A stretch of 64,000 bases of DNA. It comes from Octopus sinensis. Taxonomy: Eukaryota. Each line of letters begins with the position of its first letter. Positions within the stretch are counted from its first letter, which is position 1. The DNA is taken from the NCBI RefSeq assembly GCF_006345805.1, contig NC_043020.1:8618001-8682000 (forward strand), given 5' to 3'. A program made the translations under genes and the position numbers. Below, in pieces: positions 40,403 to 53,323 of the stretch. The notes beneath the pieces are model-generated. The model was not told the origin of the DNA, searched no databases, and saw only the letters and a list, made by a program, of their open reading frames with translations.

Positions 40403-40868
40403 CAGTTTTTATTTCCTATGGTATTGATGATATTGGTTTGATAACGAATAACGAATCCAACTGAGTAACAACCATTCACCTGAGGCAGTCAGTTGTAGAA
40501 GAATATTTTTTGTTCAACGCAGCTTCCTGTCCTGATAGGTTTAAAAAAACAAATTAAAAAACAGCCCAAATGTTTTTTGAGAACATTATTATTTGACCTT
40601 TGATAATTTCAGGTAGATTTCTACTGCATCGTCTGCTACCCGTCTATGTTGCTGGGGTGTGTGCAGCATTGTATCTTTGTTTTTGGGTGGTGGTGTTGTT
40701 GTTGTTGGAGGAGTGCAAACTCTTCCTGGTGTTGTTGTATTGCATCAGTTTTTGTTTTTTTATGGGGTTTTGGTTGCAGCCTTTTGTTGTATTAGTGTTT
40801 GTATTGTGTTGTGTGTGTAATGTGATTGTTTTTTTTTTGTTGTTTTTTTATTATTATTATCATTATTC

Positions 40869-41660
40869 AGGTGGCAAGCTGACAGAACCATTAGCACGCC
40901 AGGTGAAATGCTTATCGTTATTTCGTCTGCCGCTATGTTCTGAGTTCAAATTCCGCCGAGGCCGACTTTGCCTTTCATCCTTTCGGGGTAGATAGAATAA
41001 GTACCAGTTACGCACTGGGGTCGATATAATCGACTTAATCCGTTTGTCTGTCCTTGTTTGTCCCCTCTGTGTTTAGCCCCTTGTGGGTAGTAAAGAAATA
41101 GGTATTTCGTCTGCCATTACATTCTGAGTTCAAATTCCGCCAAAGTCGACTTTGCCTTTCATCCTTTCAGAGTCAATTAAATAAGTACCAGTTATGCACT
41201 GGGGTCGATGTAATTGACTTAATCCTTTCCTCCAAATTTGAGCCCTTGTACTTCCAGTAGAAAGAATTATTATTTGGTGAGCTGGCAGAATCATTAGCAT
41301 GCCGGAGAAAATTTTTAGTGGTATTTCAACTGCCACTACCTTATAAGTTCAAATTCCATGGAGGTCAACTTTGCCTTTCATCCTTTCGGGGTCGATAAAT
41401 TAAGTACCAATTGAGTCCTGGGGTCGATGTAATCGACTATTCCCCTCCCCACAAATTCCAAGCCCCATGCCTTTAGTAGAAAGGATTATTATTATTATTA
41501 TTAAGGTAGCGAACTAGCGGGATCGTTAGTACACTGGGCAAAATGCTTAGTGGCTTTCCATTCTACTCCACTTTCTAAGTTCAAACCCTGCCATGGTTGA
41601 CTTCAACTTTCATCCTTTGGAAGTCAATAAAATAAAGTGCATGTCGGGTACTGAAATTGA
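40869..41660 (+). mobile_element. Tandem/nested array of SINE family B
   Basis: Repeated head and Nin-like core. Confidence 0.8.
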
Positions 41661-41688
41661 TGTGATTGCTTGTCTCCATCTTACTTAA

Positions 41689-41909
41689 CCCTTTAGTGTT
41701 CGCATTATTCTGCCAAAATTAATCCTTTTTTATCCACATTGCTTTGAACTAATCATTCATTATCTTGTAGCTATGAGATTTTGATGAGGTAGCTGTTAAT
41801 TTTTAAAACGGTATTGTAGGGTTAGTGTGAGAGACCAGATCTGGCCAGTTTGAACATAAAACAGGCAGAATACTTCTAGCCGGATATGGCCGGTTTAAAT
41901 GCTAAAGGG
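41689..41909. mobile_element. piggyBac-like MITE, same family, opposite orientation
   Basis: TTAA TSD; CCCTTTAG TIR. Confidence 0.88.
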
Positions 41910-44329
41910 TTAAATCTGTTTTCCTTGTACTAAAACTGGAAAGACTTATTCTTAAGGCGATGACCTGGTAGAATTGTTAGCATCTTGGATAAAATGCTTA
42001 CTGGTATTTCATCCATCTTTGTCCTGTTTTCAAATTCCACCAAGATCTATATTGCTTTTCATTCTTTCAGGGTTGATGAAAGAAGTACCAGTTACACACT
42101 GGGGTCAATGTAATCAACCGGCCTACTCCCCAACAAAATTCCAGGCTTTTTGCCTATAGTAGAGAGAATTATTATTATCAAGGAGGCGAGCTGGTAGAAT
42201 TGTTGTCAAATTCCATTGGGGGTCAATTTTGCTCTTCATCTCTCTGGGGTTAGTAAAGTATCAGTCAAGTACAGGGGTCAATGTAATTGATTGATCACCC
42301 TCATCCAACTAAAATTACTAGTTTGGAATTTGATTAATAATGGCTTCACATTTTGGCTCAAGGCCAGCAATTTCGAGGTAGGGCTCAAATCAATCGCATC
42401 GACTCCAGTATGCAACTGGTACTTATTTAATTGACCCTGAAAGATGAAAGGCAAAGTTGACCTTGGCGGAATTTGAACTCAGAACGTAAAGAGACAAAAT
42501 ACCGCTAAACATTTCACCTGACGTGGTAATGTTTCTGCAACTCGCTGCCTTTAGGGGTATCTTAGACCATAAATCTGCCAGATCAGAACCAAATCTTGGT
42601 TAACGACTTAGCTATTAATTTATATACTCACATTGTTTATTAAAAATTTCTCATGCCTCTCTACTGGCAGAAATAGCCTTCATTTCTCATGTAGACGTCA
42701 CCATTAAGATGGGGAACATAGGACCATCTTTATACTGGCCCCCTCCTCCCCAAAAGTTTCGGGCTTTGTGCCTAGAGTAGAAAAGAAGATACCCCAGTTG
42801 TGACCATCCAACCTAAGTTGCTTCATATAATCTCCAGTTGAAAGAAGGAAACCCAGCATAAGTAATCTTTTATTCATTAATTCCTTTTTTATTTGTTTCA
42901 GTCATTGGACTGCAACTGTCTTAGGTCACTGTCTTAAAGGGCATTAATTGAATGAAACGATCCCAATATTCATTTAAGAACTGGGTCTTATTCTGCCGAA
43001 CTGCTAAGTTAACCAATATCAATTGTCACGTAGTGGTCCCACGCAGATATATACGACGGGCTTCTGTCAGTTTCCGTCTACCAAATCTACTCAAGGTTTT
43101 AGTTGGCTTGGAGCGATAGTAGAAGAAACTTTCCCTAGGTATCCTGCTGTGGTACCGAACCTGGAACCATGTAGTTGAGGAGGAAGCTCCTTACCTCTCA
43201 GCTACGCCTGCACCTGATTATTTTATTTCATTTTTTTTACTTTCGTTGATAGCCGTTTTTTTATTTGTGGGGTTTGTCCAAAAACCAATTTTACCAACGA
43301 GGCGAGTGTCATTCTTTGAAATCAACCTAGAATAACACTGGTATAAAATGTGTTGACTACTTTAGGGGTCTGACAATAAAAATGTAACGTAAAACTCGAA
43401 CTTTGGTAAGGGAAATAATTGGATTTCCTTGCTTTTCGCGAAGAGTGCTCTCCCTTTTTCTATTTATCCCTATAAAAAAAGTTAGCACTTTTGTATCAGA
43501 AATTTAATACTTTTTGTTATTATTATTTCTTTTGTGGTTTCATTCGAGTTTTTACTACACAACCTTGCCCTCATTTGTATTCCTGAAGTGTGTACAATAT
43601 TATATGTTCTTGTTTTTGTGGGGATCGGAGGAGTATGGGTTCCTCTCTTATTGCTTGTTTTGCTATGTGGTTTAGCTTGTGGTTTCTAGTGTAATGTGGG
43701 TTGTGTTATTTTATAGCATGTGAAATTGTAGCCGTTGCCAGTGTCATGTGAATGGCACGTAAAAAGCACCCATTACATTCTTGGAGTGGTTGGTGTTAAG
43801 AAAGGCTTCCAGCCATAGAAACCAAGCCAAAATCAGACTGGAACTTGGTGCAGGTCTCTGGTTTACCAGTTCCAGTCAAACCGTCTAACCCATGCCAGTA
43901 TGGAAAGCAGACGTTAAATGCTAACGATGATGATTAATTTTGTAGAACCTGTGATGTGAATTGGGTTGTTATGTATATCCAGTGCTGGATGAACCATTTA
44001 GCAGAATAAGCATGTGCTTGGGACATCAAGGAAGGTGGTGGGGTGGGAGGTGGGGCAGCAACATAGAAATGGTAAATGGTTTATGGCACAAAAGAAATCA
44101 CTTTAAACTTGCTGAAATAATATTCAAAGTGGTTTATATAATCGGAAATATAATTTCAAAATCTTCATGGTGTCTTAGAGAGGATCTGATCGAAGACTTT
44201 ACAATTTAAAAAAAAAAAAAAAGGAAAAGAAAACCTTTCGAAAAATAAAGTGGAAGTATACAAAAATAAGCATTATTTTCCATCTTATTGCTTTGTTTCT
44301 TTTGAATTACATATATATATATATAAATT

Positions 44330-44620
44330 AAAGCACCATCCGTTCGTGTCCGTTGCCAGCCTCGCCTGGCCCCCGTGCCAGTAGCACGTAAAAGCACCAT
44401 CCGTATGTGGCCGTTTGCCAGCTCTGTCTGGCACCTGTGCAGGTGGCACGTAAAAAGCACCCACTACACTCATGGAGTGGTTGGCGTTAGGAAGGGCATC
44501 CAGCCGTAGAAACACTGCCAAATCTGACTGGGCCTGATGAAGCCTTCCGACTTCACAGACCCCAGTTAAACCGTCCAACCCATGCTAGCATGGAAAACAG
44601 ACGCTAAATGATGATGATGA
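44330..44620 (+). mobile_element. RTE 3'UTR-derived repeat
   Basis: Closely similar to 17672-18030 and 55447-55755. Confidence 0.7.
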
Positions 44621-45214
44621 TATATATATATATATATATGTTGGGGGTGGGGTGCACCAAAAGCTTTTTAAGTGCTTAGGGCCTTTATGGGGCTTAATCC
44701 AACCTGTGTATATTAGTGCTTATTCTATTGTGTTCGATGTCTATGTAATGGGAGTTGTGTTATTTTATTGTGTGAGTTGTATTTTGTTTACTTTATTCAG
44801 TGTTTATTGTATAAAGTCTTTTTTGCGTATGAAAATTGTTCTAGTTCAGCTGAGCTATTCAACTAATAATGTCTTGCACAAGGTGCAGGCTGTGCCTGGC
44901 AGAAGTATATTTTGGACAGTTTGTAGTAATGTCAGTTCCAGTATGACTTCTATATTTTTGTTTATATTTTGTTTTTATCAAACCTAATCTTCCAATTATT
45001 ATTATTATTGCTACAGTTTTCACCTTTATGCCCCATATATTAAATATTTTGATTTCAAGACCCTTGAAAGGAAGGGAAATGTTTTTCAAGCACAAGCATA
45101 GCTGTGTGGTAAGAAGCTTGCTTTCCAACCACATTGTTTTTGGGTTCAGTCCCACTAGGAGGCACCCTATTATAGTTTAAACAAAGCTGGAGTGGTAGCA
45201 TTCCATTGATCATA

Positions 45215-46450
45215 CACAGACATGAAAGAAGTAAATAGACACCCTTATAATTATTAAAATCTATTTAAATCTGAAATTATACATTCAAATTATTTGTTGT
45301 TATAAAGTGAACATTTAATATTTAGTAGACATGCTCTTTGCATTTTTCAATGCAAAGGTCCAATAAGGCATGCTACCTATCAGATGACGAATATTTTCTT
45401 GCCAAATTTCTTGCTAAGTTTCATGCAATAATCTCAAAAGATCTGGCTTTGAAGATGCTTTCTTGTTCTGTTTACGAAATGTCCTGTCCATTATGCCCCA
45501 GAGGTGTTCTATAGGGTTCATATCTGGTGACTGGCTTGGCTATGGAAGCTCTCTAATGCCATTCTTTTCCAACAAATCTTAGGTCATTTTAACCGTGTGG
45601 CAAGGAATCCCATCTTCCATAAATAGAGTCTTCTTTAATCATTTCACCACTGGAGAAATTTGAAAGGAGTCCTTTCTGCAATATGGACACATATTTATTT
45701 GAGTTTATCTTTCCCTCACACTCCACCAGCTCTGATCAACCATTGCTCCAAATTGTTCTCCAGACCATCACAGAACAGCTGTTGTGTTTCATTGCTGGTT
45801 GCAATCTTTTCACATCAAATTCTTGATCACAGAATCTCCAGCCCCACACTCAAACACTGTTAGGAAATACAGCAAATCTGGACTCATCAGAGAATATGAC
45901 AGTGTGCCAAAATGCTAATGGCCTCTCCACCATCTCACTGGCCCAATCTTTTCTCCACTTCATATTGGCTGGTCAAAGATGTGACTTCCTTCTTCCTGCT
46001 TTGCCATAGTAACCAAGTTTGTGGAGATAACTGACAGTTGTTCTGGGACTGAAATCCACTTGCTCTGCTATGTCAGAGGTCGTGCAACGAGGATTATCTT
46101 CCACACTTCTCTTAGCAAAGAGAAGGGTCCTGTAAGAGGGCCTTAGTTGATCTGGACAAGGTGATGTGGACTCCTTCTCCTCTCCGGTGAATTGCACAAT
46201 CACTCTATTAACTGTACAAAGCTGGATCCAAGGTTTTCTGCAATTTTACACTGACTATATCCACCTTCAGAATGACCCACAATACGGACTCTTTGAAATT
46301 CAGACAGTTCCAAGGCTTCTTTTATACATGACATGATTAAACAGTCAAGAGACATAAAAGTGCCAATTAATAAGAAATATAAATCTTTACAAGTTAGAAT
46401 AAACAGAAAATGATGTTTTATGGGGCGTCTATTTACTTCTAACGTGTGTG
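45215..46450 (-). mobile_element. Degenerate Tc1-like transposon, near full length
   Basis: TA-flanked TIRs sharing agaagtaaatagac(a/g)ccc; DNPRCTTSDIA..YLHKLGYYGK, VIFSDESRF and SQSPDMNPIE motifs. Confidence 0.85.
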
Positions 46451-46799
46451 TATATTTATTTCTTTATTGGCAACAAGGAGCTAAACACAGAAGGGACAAA
46501 CAAGGACAGACAAAGGGATCAAGTCAATTGTGTCAGCCCAAGTGTGTAACTGGTGCTTAATTAATTGACCCCGAAAGGATGAAAGGCAAAGTCGACCTCG
46601 GTGGAATTTGAACTCGGAATGAAATACTGGCAGACGAAATACCGCTAAGCATTTTGCCCGGCGTGCTAACGATTCTGCCAGCTTACTGCCCTCCATTGAT
46701 CATCTATAAGCCAATAACAATATATGTATGTAGCAATGAACACAGAACCATGTGGTTGGGAAGCAATGCTCCATGAATACAATGTTTTGTTCTTTATTG

Positions 46800-47262
46800 T
46801 CAACCACCATGTATTAGCATCAAGGTCTTCCCCCACCATTTCCTCTTTAACCCAATTAAAGATGGCAGCACCGTAGCATGTCAATCTCACAGGCCAGCTG
46901 TTGCTGGCTGTGATTAATTTTCTGGAATGTAGTTTGCTTTTCAATAACATTTTCAACCTCATTAAATATGTCTTTGTAACATTTGTTTTCATGATATCTT
47001 CTAGATTTTTTAATCCTAATACACCCAAGTGTTTACAGCAGTTGTTTTTGGGATCACCAACATTGAATCTCTCTACATGTTACTTCTTAACCCCTTTCCA
47101 TATTAACTCCTTCACACTTTGCGATGACAAAAACTCCACTCCAATATCCTAGCAACTATAATATGCCATTTTAACAAGTGTATCAGTTTCGTTTACTGAC
47201 TTAGCAAACAGTTTTAAGTCATCGATAAACAAAAGATGGTTAATCGGAGGAGTTTCTTTCAT
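46800..47262 (-). mobile_element. R4/Dong-like RT fragment
   Basis: PINHLLFIDDLKLFAK near 47200-47247 and YLMRLKMLLKSKLHSRKLITASNSW..YGAAIFNW. Confidence 0.7.
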
Positions 47263-47282
47263 AAATAATATAATGATATAAT

Positions 47283-47768
47283 GAAATTATTGTATCCAGT
47301 GCTCAGGTGCACCACAACTTGTCAGAAAGTGCATATAAAGTACATGCAGTAATGTAGAAATGTCTGGAAAGTGAACAATGTATGAGTCAGATACATGCTT
47401 GTGTGTGTATGGAGGGGAGAAAATCAGGTGTAGTGTTGGCGAATCTCAGGAAGCATGGAAGTTTTGAAGGATGCAGTGCTCCGACAACTAACAACCGATG
47501 CCGGCAGTTTGTTCCATGCTTCAGCAACTCTTAGCGTGAAAAAATGTTTCCGAAAGTCATGCGTATAAAGCATATGCAGTAATGTAGAAATGTCTGGAAA
47601 GCGAACAGTGTATGAGTCAGATACATGCTTGTGTTTGTATGGAGGGGAGAAAATCAGGTGTAGTGTTGGCGAATCTCAGGAAGCATGGAAGTTTTGAAGG
47701 ATGCAGTGCTCCGACAACTAACAACTGATGCCGGCAGTTTGTTCCATGATTCAGCAACTCTCAGCGTG
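47283..47768 (-). mobile_element. Two tandem CR1 3'-end fragments
   Basis: Duplicated ~200-bp unit encoding TLRVAE(A/S)WNKLPASVVSCRSTASFKTSMLPEIRQHYT* plus 3'UTR. Confidence 0.8.
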
Positions 47769-48430
47769 TTGACAAAAAGGAAGAAATTAATCCTTTCAAT
47801 TATAGGCACAAGGCCTGAAATTTTGGGGGAGGGGACTAGTTGATTACATTGACCCCAGTGTTTCACTGGTACTTAATCTATCAACCCTGAAAGGCAAAGT
47901 CGACCTCGGTGGAATTTGAACTCAGAACGTAAAGACAGGTGAAATGCCACTAAGCATTTTGCCCAGCATGCAAATGATTCTGCCACCTCTCCATCTTAGT
48001 AGTAGTAATAATAATCTTCTCTGTATCGTTCGAATTTTAGTACACGTACTGCTGAAGCAAGTACAATAATAATAATAATAATGGTTTCGATTTTTGCCAC
48101 AAGGGCAGCCATTTTGGGTAAAGAGTATGTGTCGATTACATCAACCCCTGTACACAACTGGTACTTAATTTATTGAGCCCAAAAAGATAAAAAGCTATGG
48201 CGACCTCAGCAGAATTTGAACTCAGAACATAACGGCAGACAAAACACAGCTAAGCATTTCGTCCAGCATGCTAACGATTCTGCCAGCTCACTGCCTTAAC
48301 AATAATAATAATAATAATAATAACACACACAGGGTCAATTCCACTTCTTTAGTGTTAGTCAATTGGTTAGATATCTAACCAACTGACCAATCGACCATTT
48401 GTTTGATGTGCTGGTTAAACAATCAATTGG

Positions 48431-48464
<34 letters not shown>

Positions 48465-49259
48465 CACGACGGGCTTCTTTCAGTTTCTGTCTATCATATC
48501 CACTCACAAGGCTATGGTTGGCCTGAGGCTATAGTGGAAGACACTTTCCCAAAGTGCTGTGCAGTGGGACTGAACCCGAAACCATGTGGTTGGTAAGCAA
48601 GCTACTTACCACACAGCCATGAAAAAAGCCTATGATGGTACCCCACCCATGGTCATTGAAATTTTTATGTTCGCATAACTTAACAGTTTGCAAAAGGGAC
48701 CAACACAATGAATACCAGCCTTTAAAAAAATTATTAAGTATCTGGGGTCAATATATTCGACGAAAATTTCAATTGGTTGTTAGTCGGCCAAAGTTTTTGC
48801 ATCACCGTTCACAACCGACTCTCTTAAAATGCAACAAAATTAGTTTCAGCAAATGAATCCACATCAAAAATCTTGCTAACCAAAAAAAAAAAAAATATCC
48901 AAGCAAGGAAGAAAAATGCCCCGTTTAATCTTCCATCTTGTTTCAGTAAAATTGTGACCATGCTGGGGCACCACCTTGAAATTTTAGTCGAATATATTGA
49001 CCCCAGTACTTAATTATTTTTTTAAAGGCTGGTATTTATTCTTTTGCCATGTAAAAAGCACCCAGTACAAAGTGGTTGGTGTTAGAAACGGCATCCAGCT
49101 GTCGAAACCAGGCCGAAACAGACTATGGCTCCTGGTGTGACTCCTGACATTGCCGGCTCCTGTTAAACTGACCAACCCCTGCCAGCATAGAAGATGGACA
49201 TTAAATAAGGATGATGTTGATGATGATTTTCAATTTTTGATAGTTTAATAATTCAAAAA

Positions 49260-49723
49260 GGATCTTTTCCTTTTGAACGGCAGATGTCAATACAATTTCT
49301 AGTTAACAAAACACTTTTAAAATTCGTATACTGGTAGAATGTGTTTATAAAACATCATTTTTTTCTTGGCTTTATTGAGAAAATTCTATATGTTGTAACA
49401 TATTTCAATCTATTTTAGGGTTAGGGGTGGTGGAAGGGTATCTCTTTTTTGTCGCAAATGTAAATAAACCCAATCTGTTTCTTAAACGAGGACATATTCA
49501 TACAGCACGGTATGTTTTGACTCCAAATGGACGTATTTGATTGGTTAAAATTGCCGAAAAGCTCGATTTTAAAGTGGAAATATGTTACAACATATAGAAT
49601 TTTCTCAATAAAGCCAAGAAAAAAATGATGTTTTATAAACACATTCTACCAGGATACGAAGTTTAAAAGTGTTTAGTTAACTAGAAATTGTGTTGACATC
49701 TGCCGTTCAAAAGGAAAAGATCC
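49260..49723. mobile_element. MITE related to 1511-1926, with ~145-bp TIRs
   Basis: TIR GGATCTTTTCCTTTTGAACGGCAG; perfect 8-bp TSD ttcaaaaa. Confidence 0.88.
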
Positions 49724-49739
49724 TTCAAAAATCCTAAGG

Positions 49740-51222
49740 CCGACAAGGTTTTTAGGATATGTCCGTAAACTTAACTCCATAGTTACCCCCGTGTCATCGT
49801 ATCACGTGACTGGATTGTCTATAAAATCTCTCCTCTCGTCATATTCCTATCTTCCCCCCCCACACCTTCCATTCATTAATTCATTCATTCATTCATTCAT
49901 CAATTATTTCTTTACTATAACGTCATTTCGTGTCCTCTCCAGAGTCGACGGTGTTTTTCGAAAAGTCGAACTCACGAAACGAAATAAATCCATGTTTTTG
50001 TTACTGAACATAAAAAGAAAATCTGTTTCCTTTAGTCACTATGTAGGTGTTATTATTGCAGTTGACCCATTTCCGTCTCGGAAATTATAACTCGTTTTCT
50101 CCTGAATACGCGACAGGTTCCTATTGGCAACTTATCTTTTTTTTTTCCCCTCTCTCTTTCTCTTTCTCATTATCTTATTCTAATCTCTAACCATCTGATG
50201 CTCCACTCACTTACTTCCCTCAAAGAAGACCCACTCCAGACGTTACCTCACTCACTCATTACTTTATTCAATGCTTCTCTCGCTCACTTACTCTCTCCAT
50301 TTTCCTCCAGTCATCTTTTTTACACTTTCCCTGCACTCTCTCTCTCTCTCTCATTCAATGAGTCTCTCTCTCTTGCCCACTCATTCAATTCACTGCTTAA
50401 ATCGCCCACACTCCGACACTGGCGTTCTCATTTAATCTCTTACTCTTTCTCTCTCATTACCTCATATACTTTTTCTCTCTCTCTCTCTCTCTTACTCACT
50501 CGCTCTCTCATACATTCCCACTCACACCATCCCCTCTCGCTCTTCCTCCTCCTCTCATTCAATTTCCAAATAACCTCGCTCACTTTATTATATTCGATAA
50601 ATGATCGATGGTGCTTTATTTCTTCTTCCTTTTCCTCTCTCTCGACGGAAGTTAAGAAAGAGAAAACAACCAAATGAGCGAATAAGAAAGAAACCTGGCC
50701 ATTCGTCTCGTTTATCTTCTTATTCTTCCTCTTTCTTTTGTCTATTTTCCCTTTCAAACCGACCAACCAGCCTAGCAATTACAACCTGATGGCTTCGATA
50801 GTATTTCGATGGGACTCTTAAGGAGTAGAAAGAGCGACACCACCATTAGCACCAGCATCGTTATTACCAAAACGGGACGACAACAACAACAACTACGATA
50901 TTGCTATCACACTTCTCCTCCTGATGTAGTTCGAACTGCTGTGACTGCCCCTTTCCTAGTTGTTATGCGTTCGATACCAAACGGTGTGAGAGAGGTTTTG
51001 CCGAACGCCCCCGCCGCGCACTTGGCCTTCCCACTCTACAATTATTTCTGTTTTTCAAAGCAAAAAATGGTCGCGGGTCGTCGTTTTATCAAACCGTATG
51101 TCAAAACGGATGAGCACTTTGTTCAAATGGCCTTTCTTTGACATCGGTTGACATCGTTTATTTATTTATTACTTATTTATTCTCTGATCTCGATATCAAC
51201 CCGAAATCTCTCTGACTAATAC

Positions 51223-51288
<66 letters not shown>

Positions 51289-51509
51289 GTACTCATACAC
51301 GCAAATGGAGACAGAGATGGAAAACCACTTATTAATACCTGGGATCATTTCATTTGGGAAATCGAAGAAATGTGTGCTTATCTCTTCCGTGGAACGAACC
51401 TAATTCTGTCCGAAACTACACCATATTCGATAACCGAATTTCCATATCGATTCCAGAACCATTCTGGACAATATCAGCTGAACAGCATTTCAGTTTCCAC
51501 GGCCAAAAT
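49740..51509 (+). promoter_or_regulatory. Putative internal promoter / 5'UTR region for the short TBC1D30 isoform
   Basis: Transposon-poor and visibly CpG-rich relative to upstream flanks; CT/GA-rich tracts at 50140-50640; TCACGTGAC E-box at 49802-49810; precedes the exon at 51510. Confidence 0.45.
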
Positions 51510-51645
51510 ATGTTCGCCTTTATGAATAACTTAGAATCTCGGTTGTTCAAAAAGAACAAGAAACGGCAAGATGTTGTACCGAGGCGACGGTTGCAACAAC
51601 CCCCTATTTCGTTTGGCAAGTCTGCTAGTTGCCCCTCGAGCTTTG
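51510..51645 (+). CDS. TBC1D30: Probable alternative first coding exon of TBC1D30 (short isoform)
   Basis: ATG at 51510; MFAFMNNLESRLFKKNKKRQDVVPRRRLQQPPISFGKSASCPSSF, then a strong G|GTGAGT phase-1 donor at 51646, in frame with exon 59291 (G+GA=Gly-IDTRIKF). Lies in non-repetitive CpG-rich DNA. Confidence 0.65.
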
Positions 51646-52654
51646 GTGAGTTCTCGTTCCATTCATTCTTATTTGTGTTGTTGTTGTATTGTAAATTATA
51701 TGATGTTCACTTTGTGGTGATATCATTTATTATTATTAATATGCCATCTGCTGCAAAGAAGAAAAGAATGAGGAACAACAGCGCATCATCGTCTTCCTTT
51801 GTCACGTTCTATCCAAACGTTGAGTCTTCGTGTTTATGTAATAATATTGGCAATTATTCATCTCTGACATCGACACAAGGCCTCACATTTGCGGAAAGAG
51901 TGAGCAGGCTCTGATCAAAGACATTACAAATATTACCATCCCGAGTATCTAACCCTTTTTTAAGGGTTCCTTATTAGGGCTGCAGTATCTAATGTTTCTG
52001 TTTCCTGTAACGGAGGTGTGAATTGAGAAAGGTTTGAATTTTCTCAGCGCATGAAAAATATTATAAACATCAAATTGTCAGGAATTCGTAAATATACAAC
52101 ATAAGTGACTGTCTTGTGTTTAGGTTTAAGGTACTTGTACCTAGGTTTAAACCGGTTTTTCGTCTTTTTTCTCTTTCTCACCTGGGGTGCTTCCTTTCAG
52201 GGACGTCAGGAGAGGCCCGTTTCAAAATTGAATATGAGTGAAGAGGGTTTCCCCTCGCCGCTAGTACAAAGGATTCCCTGTTGGTCAGTGCCTTCTTAAG
52301 GTATCGGCACTTTGGCAGTTGGTTGGGGGCTTCTCAGATCTAGATGACCAATTCTGACACTTGTATGTAGTGGTTAGCTGTTGGTTAACTACTGAACCAA
52401 CCAACTAATCGATTGTTCAATTACTCGTTCGGTTCATCAATCAATTAGGTCGACCCTCCCGAGAAACAAAATATGTCTCAACACTAAAGTTCACATCAAG
52501 AATTTTGCAAAAAGAGAAATATACGTGTACGTTATGAATTTCTTTTGATCTGTCTGACCTTGTATGGGACGAGATGTAGGCGACTGAAACGACCCCAGAG
52601 TATTACTGATATTATTCTGTCGAAGTCACTCTTGGATGTTTTACAAAATAGGGC

Positions 52655-52992
52655 AGTGGTTTTCAACTGGGGTCCATAGAAGGTTTTGTTGTTAAAATTC
52701 ATGTGCGATACGCTGCTTATACTTATACAATACACAACATATTTTAACAATTTTTGCATACAATTCCTTGTAATTATTTACATTTGACGGATATTTGTCC
52801 TTATCTTGTTTGTTGTTAGCACAACGTTTCGGCTGATACACCCTCCAGCTTTCATCAGGTGTCTTGGGGGGAAATTTCAAAACCTGGGTTCTCATTCCTA
52901 AGGTATTTTTCGATGTTGTTGTTGTTATTATTATTCAGGTCACTGCCTTAACCTCCTTCATTCAAGATTCCGAGTTCGAATTCAGGCAGTGA

Positions 52993-53024
<32 letters not shown>

Positions 53025-53323
53025 GTAATGACATCGAAAAATATCTTAGGAATGGGGACCCAGGTTTGAAACTTCCCCAAGACACCTAAAGAAGGCTGGA
53101 GGGGATATCAGCTGAAATGTTGTGATATCAACAAAGATGAGGACAAATATCCGTCAAATGTAAATAATGTACATAATTCCTCATCTTTTAAATATAGAAC
53201 TGAATTCCTTGTAATATTTATGAAAATATAAGATTTTTTTAAACGTCAAATGGCTTTGAGGGTCCACTTGAGTAGAATAGGAATCAAAGGGGTTTATAGG
53301 TAAAGAATGGTTGAGAAACACTG
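52655..53323. mobile_element. Old hAT-like MITE hosting the insertion at 52775-53202
   Basis: CAGTGGTTTTCAAC...GTTGAGAAACACTG termini; no TSD recognisable. Confidence 0.55.
52775..53202. mobile_element. Inverted-pair tRNA/hammerhead-containing element (Penelope-like non-autonomous)
   Basis: 13-bp TSD aattccttgtaat; two divergent copies; hammerhead-like core at 52819-52863 (-). Confidence 0.75.

Noticed and set aside
39678-40479. Poly-Asn/Asp, poly-Met/Ile and poly-Ser/Leu ORFs
   Set aside because: Products of the ATT/ATC tract; only 39629-39793 is a real exon
50809-51141. 110-aa ORF in the CpG-rich region
   Set aside because: No recognisable homology or convincing splice donor; more likely 5'UTR/promoter sequence
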